NCBI GenBank assembly: GCA_029855935.1
Contig: JAGSHN010000030.1
Span: forward strand, 39,528 to 103,527
Direction: 5' to 3'
From: Candidatus Thorarchaeota archaeon
GTDB taxonomy: Archaea; Asgardarchaeota; Thorarchaeia; Thorarchaeales; Thorarchaeaceae
Length of the DNA stretch: 64,000 bases
Part shown: piece after piece, positions 57,625 to 64,000 of the stretch
How the letters are laid out: each line of letters opens with the position of its first letter
Position numbering within the stretch: position 1 is the stretch's first letter
Notes under the pieces: generated by a model
What the model saw: the letters and a program-made list of their open reading frames with translations, nothing else
The model's database searches: none
Told to the model about the DNA's origin: nothing
Position numbers and translations under genes: made by a program

Positions 57625-57961
57625 GAGTAAACAGAGGCTGTAGCTAGGAAGGTCTCCTCTGCCCCTCGGCCTCAGCCGGGGCTTCCGAAGCTGTGCATAG
57701 AGCTTGTGGCTTGCCGGAGAGAGAGGGTTTGGAGAGAGCGGTTCGGACGAGAGGGTGGAAACCATTATTCGTGCAGGCCTAGATTCGACCTCAGACGAGC
57801 GGTTCGGGTCACGTGCTGAAGAAATACTCAGGAGAATCAGGAAAGACGAACTAGATACTCGTATTGCCGGGTACCCCCCGACGAGAAACAGACAAAAGGC
57901 GGAATTGAATGAACTCCTCAAATCCGTGGTTGCCGAACCACAGACGTGAGCGTGGGGACTG

Positions 57962-60900
57962 GTGAGATTTGAGGACCTGACCAGTCTCTTGAAGAGACTG
58001 GCAAGCAAGTTGGGCAGTACGGCAGAGGTTGCTCTTGGGATTCTTGGAGTCGCGGCGGCGGCACTTCCCAGTGCCCTCTCATCACTGGATCTCGTACAGA
58101 CGGTAGTCGACATGCACTCGGTGGTCAGGGACACCAGAAAGGCGTTGTCATGGTGGTGGAAACAACGCAATATCCTGAAACAGATTCCTGCCTATATTGA
58201 CAACTGGGAGAAAATGGAGGAGGGCCGTAGGAAGGCTCTCCAGAAGGCCCTGAGGGCCATCTTTGCTCTAGACGATGAGTTTGCACGGGTGATACTTGAG
58301 ACCACAGACATAGACGACGCCATTGTCAGGTGGCTCCAGTCTGCAGGCGCGGACGAGATTGTTGCTGGGGCTCTCCGGGACCTCGTGCAGGCCGAAATGC
58401 ATCAGCTTCTCCTGAACAATCCTGAGCTGCTGGACCACTTGCAATATCAGGGCATTATGGCGCTAAGACAGGCTATGCTGATGCTTGGTGATGAGATGGT
58501 CCAAGCCCTCAATACGCTCGAACAAATCAGACGACTTCTTGAGGCTGAGCTCACTGACAAGATCAGCCAGAGGGAGAGCCTGCGACACGTAGTTGGTCTG
58601 AAGACGTTCAGAGAGATTGTCAGGGATGTACCGGGTAAGATGGCGGAGCCATTTCGTGATGGGCCACCCACGATGGCTGATTTCGCCGCAGGTTTTGTTG
58701 TGCCACCAAGAGAGATGCTAGGAGAGGTTGCCAGAGCTCTTGGTATCGGTGTTCCCACGCTCGGAATTGAAGGACCGGTTGTCCCAGACAGCAGGTTTGC
58801 TGCTGTCACACTGTTCGGTCACTCAGGGTCGGGGAAGACGTATCTTGCTCTCACGCTGGCCTATGAGATGGAGCAGTTTGGATGGGACATATTCTGTCTT
58901 GACCTCGCCACGTTCGAACGCCCGACGGACGGATACGTGATTCTCCAAAGGATTGCGGATGTTGTGAGAGAGAGATACTTGGTCTCAGGGACTGCCGCAA
59001 CGGACGACCCTCCGCGAGTACTTCTCATTGTTGAGAACATTCATCTGGCACCTGAACTTGCCAGTGACTCTCTGTCCACGTTCAAGCGCATATGCGGGGA
59101 GAACCAGTCGGGAGGACTTGTTCGACTGCTGCTCATAGGTCGGCCGCCCCTGGAAGCTCACGTGCGCGGTTCTCTCATAGACCCACTTGATATCGTAGTT
59201 GAGCAGTCTGTGCGAATCGATATGGAACCGTTCTCGGAGGTCACTGTGGCCAATATGATCTCAATAGTGGAACGCAGGCAGAGTGTTCGGCTCAGCACAC
59301 GAAGGTTGATCCATTACTCCGGAGGCGACAACTTCCTCATCGTGTCCGCGCTCAAGGCAATCGACAAGGACGGGAGCCTCGACGTCCTCAATGACGGCAC
59401 CGTACTGGCTCGCCATGTGTGGAACTTCTACCTCGAACATGTTGAACCAATCAATCGGACGGCCGCCAAGTCAGTCCTCTGTGTCATTGCAGCGTTCTCT
59501 AGCATCGAGGCTCCCGTGCTCGCAGGATTTGTCAGAGATACCTTGAAGGAGAAGATTACACAGGTCGCTGTCATCCTCAACGACCTCACGGACAAGGGCC
59601 TGCTTAGGATGTACCAGTCCCAAGAAGACAGCTCACAGATCTTCATCGGGTTCTATCACTCTCGCCGCGCGCAGATCATTCTCGCGACCTGCAAGAACAC
59701 AGAGGCAAGGAGCCTTCGTTCGCAATACCTCGAGTCCAATCCACCCGATTTTGTTCCATTCACGACCTCTCTGGCACTGTGGGGCGCACATACGAGGGAC
59801 GAGGAACTTCTAGTCAATCTTCTCAGCCGGATAGAAGAACGCGATGATTGTTTCATACCACTCTGGACGATTGGCGTCAGATTGTCTGAGACGAAACCAG
59901 GACTCGCAGCAATTGCCTTCAGAAGAGTCACCAGTTTGAAAAACGACATCCCTCAGGCTTGGTATAACCTTGGTGTTCTTTTGGCAAGACAAGAACAATG
60001 GGAAGAGGCCGAGGTAGCCTACCGCACGGCCATCAGACTCAGGGACGACCTTGTTGACGCGTGGAACAACCTTGGTGCCCTCCTTGCGAAGCAGAGAGAG
60101 CGATGGGACGAGGCTGAGATGGCATTCCACAGAGCCCTCGAATTGAGAGATGATGATGCTCAGCTGTGGAATAACCTCGGAGTTCTCCTCGCCAAGCAGA
60201 GAGAACGATGGGAGGAGGCTGAACAGGCATATCGCAGGGCCATCGAACTGAGTCCAGACGACGCAAGGGTGTGGAACAACCTCGGCGCTCTTCTCGTCAA
60301 GCAGAAACGATTGGATGAGGCAGAGAGATCACTCCGCAGAGCCATTGACCTTGAATCCGAATATGCAGACGCGTGGTACAACCTTGGTGTGCTCCTCGCA
60401 GAGCATGCTGAAAGATGGAATGAGGCGGAGATGGCGTTTCGCAGAGCCATCGAACTCAGGGAGGAGTTTGCACACGCGTGGTACGACCTCGGTGTCCTCC
60501 TCGCGGAGCATACTGACCGATGGGACGAGGCAGAGGATGCATTCCGCAGAGCTATCGAACTGAGAGAGGACTTTGCAGAGGCATGGTACAACCTTGGTGT
60601 CCTCCTTATGGATAAGGAGGACCGATGGGACGAGGCCGAGATGGCGTATCGCAAGGCCATTGGACTGAAAGACGACTATGCCAAGGCGTGGAACAGCCTC
60701 GGGAATCTCCTCGCCAAGCAGAAACAACGCTGGAGTGAGGCCGAGATGGCATATCGCACGGCCATCAGACTGAAACCTGACGACGCTGAGGTGTGGAACA
60801 ACCTTGGCATTCTCCTTGCGAAGCAGGACCGGTCGGACGAGGCCGAGGCGGCATATCACAGAGCCATCGAACTGAAACCAGACTATGCCAAAGCGTGGTA

Positions 60901-61423
60901 CAACCTCGGCCTCCTTCTCGAAGAGCAGAGAGAGCGATGGGACGAGGCTGAGAAGGCATATCGCAAGGCCATCAATCTGAAACTTGACAATCCTCTGGTA
61001 TGGATCAACCTCGGTGTTCTCCTTGCGGAACGAGAACAATGGGATGAGGCCGAAAGGGCATTTCGCAGAGCCATCGAACTTGGACCTGGGTATGCCGAGG
61101 CGTGGTATAACCTTGGCAACATCCTTGTCAGGCAGAAGCGATGGAGCGAGGCCGAAACGGCATTTCGCGAGGCTATCGCATTGAGGGGTGACTATGTCGA
61201 TGCGTGGAACAACCTTGGTCTTGTCCTTCTGGAACAAGGGGAGACACAACCTGCGGCCAAAGCGCTCTTCGCTGCCATTAGACTTCGACCCAGCCTTGCA
61301 GAGAGATACGTTCTGCTTTCGGCATACTGGAGACAGAGAGGCTCGGAGGAGAACGCAGAGGCCGTTCTTCGTGTTGTCTTCGGCTCGACCTCGGACGAGC
61401 AAATTGGGAATCGTGAGGAATAG
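57962..61423 (+). CDS. STAND-like NTPase-TPR copy 3 (13 TPR)
   Basis: GHSGSGKT, LLIVENIH; 13 tandem 34/35-aa TPR units. Confidence 0.87.
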   Translation: MRFEDLTSLLKRLASKLGSTAEVALGILGVAAAALPSALSSLDLVQTVVDMHSVVRDTRKALSWWWKQRNILKQIPAYIDNWEKMEEGRRKALQKALRAIFALDDEFARVILETTDIDDAIVRWLQSAGADEIVAGALRDLVQAEMHQLLLNNPELLDHLQYQGIMALRQAMLMLGDEMVQALNTLEQIRRLLEAELTDKISQRESLRHVVGLKTFREIVRDVPGKMAEPFRDGPPTMADFAAGFVVPPREMLGEVARALGIGVPTLGIEGPVVPDSRFAAVTLFGHSGSGKTYLALTLAYEMEQFGWDIFCLDLATFERPTDGYVILQRIADVVRERYLVSGTAATDDPPRVLLIVENIHLAPELASDSLSTFKRICGENQSGGLVRLLLIGRPPLEAHVRGSLIDPLDIVVEQSVRIDMEPFSEVTVANMISIVERRQSVRLSTRRLIHYSGGDNFLIVSALKAIDKDGSLDVLNDGTVLARHVWNFYLEHVEPINRTAAKSVLCVIAAFSSIEAPVLAGFVRDTLKEKITQVAVILNDLTDKGLLRMYQSQEDSSQIFIGFYHSRRAQIILATCKNTEARSLRSQYLESNPPDFVPFTTSLALWGAHTRDEELLVNLLSRIEERDDCFIPLWTIGVRLSETKPGLAAIAFRRVTSLKNDIPQAWYNLGVLLARQEQWEEAEVAYRTAIRLRDDLVDAWNNLGALLAKQRERWDEAEMAFHRALELRDDDAQLWNNLGVLLAKQRERWEEAEQAYRRAIELSPDDARVWNNLGALLVKQKRLDEAERSLRRAIDLESEYADAWYNLGVLLAEHAERWNEAEMAFRRAIELREEFAHAWYDLGVLLAEHTDRWDEAEDAFRRAIELREDFAEAWYNLGVLLMDKEDRWDEAEMAYRKAIGLKDDYAKAWNSLGNLLAKQKQRWSEAEMAYRTAIRLKPDDAEVWNNLGILLAKQDRSDEAEAAYHRAIELKPDYAKAWYNLGLLLEEQRERWDEAEKAYRKAINLKLDNPLVWINLGVLLAEREQWDEAERAFRRAIELGPGYAEAWYNLGNILVRQKRWSEAETAFREAIALRGDYVDAWNNLGLVLLEQGETQPAAKALFAAIRLRPSLAERYVLLSAYWRQRGSEENAEAVLRVVFGSTSDEQIGNREE

Positions 61424-61561
61424 GCGCCTCAGCCGGTCAGGAAACACAAATGAGATACTGGTCTTGCCGGGCGTCCGCAACGAGAAACAGACAAAAGCCA
61501 GAACCTCGGCACTACGAACGATCAAGCATTCGCCGTATTGCAGACTTGAGTGTGGGCACCA

Positions 61562-64000
61562 ATGAGTCTTGAGGATCTGACCGCAATTCTAGAGCGACTG
61601 GCGACCAACCTTAGGAATACAGGAAGGGCTGCTCTCGTGTTCCTTGGAGTTGCGGCGGTAGTAGCATCTCCATTTCTTGCCCCCATCGGTGCCCTGCAGA
61701 CCGCGATTGAAGGCTATTCCACTATCCGCGACGCTAAGAAGGCCTTGGCGTGGTGGTGGAAACGACGCAAGATCTTGCGACGGCTTCCCGACCGCATTGA
61801 CAACTGGAAGGAGATTTCGAAAGACCAGAAGAAGGCCTTGCAGAAGGCCCTCAAGGCTGTCTTCGCTCTCGACGATGAGTTTGCGCGAGTGATACTCGAG
61901 ACGACAGATGTTGAAGAGGCACTCCTCACGTGGTTCTCGTCAGCAGGCGCGGACAAGAATGTCGCCGAGGCTCTCCGGGACCTCGTGCGGGACGAGATGA
62001 ATCACCTTCTCCTCAACAACCCGGAGCTGCTGGACCATCTACAGTATCAGGAGACAATGGCACTGAAACAGGCCATATCCTCACTGGGCGGTGACCTGGC
62101 TCAGGTACGGGATACGCTCGAACAGGTCAGAAAGATATTCTTGGCCCAGCTCATCGATCAGATTAGGCACAGGGAAAACCTGCGTCAAATAGTCGGTCTG
62201 AAGACGTTCAGAGAGATAGTCAAAGACGACCCCAATAAGGAGCCGGAGCCGTTTCATGACGGGCCACCCACTATGGCAGACTTCGCTGCCAACTTCGTCG
62301 TGCCTCCCAAGAAGATTCTGCGGAAGGTTGCAGGGGCACTTGGCCTTGGGGTCCCGACATTGGGCATCAGGGGCCCTGTAATACCTGACGAGAGATTTGG
62401 GGCTGTCACACTGTTCGGCGAGTCCGGCTCAGGCAAGACCTATCTTGCTCTCACGCTGGCCTACGAGATGGAGCAGTTCGGCTGGCACATATTCTGCCTT
62501 GACCTTGCCACGTTCGAACGGCCGACGGACGGATACACAATCCTTCAGAGGACTGCAGATGTCGTGAAAAAGAGATACCTTGATGCGAGGACCAACTCGA
62601 TGGACGGCCCGCCACGAGTACTGCTCATCATCGAGAACATTCATCTGGCGCCAGAACTTGCCGGCGACTTTCTGTCCACACTCAGGCGCGTGTCCGATGA
62701 CAGCAGCTCTGGAGGACTCGTCCGACTACTGCTCGTTGGACGACCACCTCGGGAAACTCGAAAGCGTGGTGGTCTCACAGATCCCCTTGGCACGGTTATT
62801 GAGCAGTCCGCGCGCGTGGACATGAAGCCGTTCTCAAAGGTCACCGTCGCCAACCTGCTTGCGATAGTGAAGCGCAGACGAAGGGGTATCCGACTCAGCA
62901 CAAGAACATTGATGAAGTACTCCCATCGCGACAACTTTCTCATTGTGTCCGCACTCAGGGCAATTGACAAGAACGGCAGTCTTGACGTACTGACGGATGC
63001 CAGGGTACTGGGGAACAATATGCGAAACTTCTACATCGATCACATAGACGAGCGGTATCGAGACCAGGCCGTGACCGTCCTCTGTGTCGTTGCGGCGTTC
63101 TCCAGTGTCGAGGCTCCCGTGCTACTGGGCTTTGTCAGAGATACCCTAGAGGATACCAACAAGCACGTGGCTGATATCCTGAAGGAACTCACAGACAAGG
63201 GCCTTCTGAGGATGTTCCAGTCTGTGAAGGACAGCTCACGAGTATTCATCGAGTTCTACCACTCCCGCCGCGCGCAGTTGATTCTGAGTACTTGCGAGAG
63301 GACAGATGTCAAGACACTACATATGAAATACCTTGACTACAATCCGCCAGACTTTGCTCGTTTCGCCACAGCCCTCGCGCTATGGGGCGCACACACGGGA
63401 GACAAGCAACTTCTGTCTGAGCTGTTCAATCAAACAATTGAACGGGAGGACTGTGTTGCAGCACTCTGGATCATCGGTGTGAACTTGATGGACACGAATC
63501 TCGAACTGGCAACGAGGACCTTCCGTAGAATCACCGAATTGAGGCCTGAAGATGCGAAAGCGTGGAACAACCTCGGCAATCTGCTCGATGAGCAGAGGGA
63601 ACGATGGAAGGAGGCTGAGGAGGCATGTCGTAGGGCCGTCGAACTGAGACCCGATCTTGCTGGGGCGTGGTACAACCTCGGCCTTCTTCTTGTGAAGCAG
63701 AGGGAACGATGGGACGAGGCCGAGAGGGCATATCGCAGGGCCATCGAACTGAGTCCAGACGACGCTGAGGTGTGGAACAACCTCGGTGTCCTGCTCAAGC
63801 AGATGAAGCGATGGGACGAGGCTGAAGAGGCATATCGCAAGGCCATCGAACTGAGTCCAGACGACGCTGAGGTGTGGAACAACCTCGGCCTTCTGCTCAA
63901 GCAGATGAAGCGATGGGACGAGGCGGAGAAGGCATTCCGCAGGGCCATCAAACTGAGTCCAGACGACGCTGAGGTGTGGAACAACCTCGGTGTCCTGCTC
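61562..64000 (+). CDS. STAND-like NTPase-TPR copy 4 (partial, runs off the window)
   Basis: ATG 61562 MSLEDLT...; GESGSGKT, LLIIENIH; open to 64000 with at least 4 TPRs; absent from the ORF track because there is no stop. Confidence 0.85.
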   Translation, partial: MSLEDLTAILERLATNLRNTGRAALVFLGVAAVVASPFLAPIGALQTAIEGYSTIRDAKKALAWWWKRRKILRRLPDRIDNWKEISKDQKKALQKALKAVFALDDEFARVILETTDVEEALLTWFSSAGADKNVAEALRDLVRDEMNHLLLNNPELLDHLQYQETMALKQAISSLGGDLAQVRDTLEQVRKIFLAQLIDQIRHRENLRQIVGLKTFREIVKDDPNKEPEPFHDGPPTMADFAANFVVPPKKILRKVAGALGLGVPTLGIRGPVIPDERFGAVTLFGESGSGKTYLALTLAYEMEQFGWHIFCLDLATFERPTDGYTILQRTADVVKKRYLDARTNSMDGPPRVLLIIENIHLAPELAGDFLSTLRRVSDDSSSGGLVRLLLVGRPPRETRKRGGLTDPLGTVIEQSARVDMKPFSKVTVANLLAIVKRRRRGIRLSTRTLMKYSHRDNFLIVSALRAIDKNGSLDVLTDARVLGNNMRNFYIDHIDERYRDQAVTVLCVVAAFSSVEAPVLLGFVRDTLEDTNKHVADILKELTDKGLLRMFQSVKDSSRVFIEFYHSRRAQLILSTCERTDVKTLHMKYLDYNPPDFARFATALALWGAHTGDKQLLSELFNQTIEREDCVAALWIIGVNLMDTNLELATRTFRRITELRPEDAKAWNNLGNLLDEQRERWKEAEEACRRAVELRPDLAGAWYNLGLLLVKQRERWDEAERAYRRAIELSPDDAEVWNNLGVLLKQMKRWDEAEEAYRKAIELSPDDAEVWNNLGLLLKQMKRWDEAEKAFRRAIKLSPDDAEVWNNLGVLL
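63747..64000 (+). repeat. Near-identical 102-bp tandem TPR-coding repeats
   Basis: AACTGAGTCCAGACGACGCTGAGGTGTGGAACAACCTCGG recurs exactly at 63747, 63849 and 63951. Confidence 0.9.

Noticed and set aside
60329-61525. 398-aa antisense ORF (and similar long shadows at 29145-30053, 31142-32281, 41993-43027, 48781-49794)
   Set aside because: Antisense shadows of well-supported genes in GC-rich or repetitive DNA
52726-64000. Diversity-generating retroelement acting on the TPRs
   Set aside because: No reverse transcriptase or non-coding template repeat in the window; differences are not confined to adenines
1-64000. tRNA/rRNA genes, transposases, integrases
   Set aside because: None recognised by eye; tRNAscan-SE and ISEScan would be needed to exclude them formally

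Overview
Archaeal chromosomal window of moderately high GC, most consistent with an Asgard (Thorarchaeota-like) lineage. That assignment is an inference from a longin-like protein, a TACK/Asgard-type SSB, Mvh/Hdr genes without mcr in the window, and a eukaryote-like SECIS candidate. Contents in order: ArsR + P1B-2 heavy-metal ATPase with a perfect operator palindrome; ABC exporter; sfsA; longin-like protein; PAS histidine kinase; Hdr cluster 1 (dsrE-hdrCBA-mvhD-mvhG-like fusion-frhB::wHTH-tusA, plus a second tusA and dsrE) under a divergent Lrp regulator; eutA; trmO; a second histidine kinase; an orphan CRISPR array (49 repeats plus 3 decayed relics); radical SAM; ssb; an opp/dpp operon; a DUF3160 protein; Hdr cluster 2 (hdrL-hdrCB-hdrA-hdrA'-mvhD-wHTH-mvhG-mvhA); a divergent aldehyde:ferredoxin oxidoreductase; and a tandem array of at least 4 STAND-NTPase/TPR genes running off the right edge. 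Three highlights. (1) An unannotated UGA-containing VhuU-like selenopeptide supplies the missing C-terminal Ni ligands of MvhA, and a eukaryote-type SECIS candidate overlaps its stop codon. (2) Hdr cluster 1 carries a hydrogenase small subunit fused to a miniaturised, Ni-ligand-less large-subunit remnant, together with FrhB and sulfur carriers. (3) The NLR-like array shows variable TPR number, mosaicism between copies and a conserved upstream motif.
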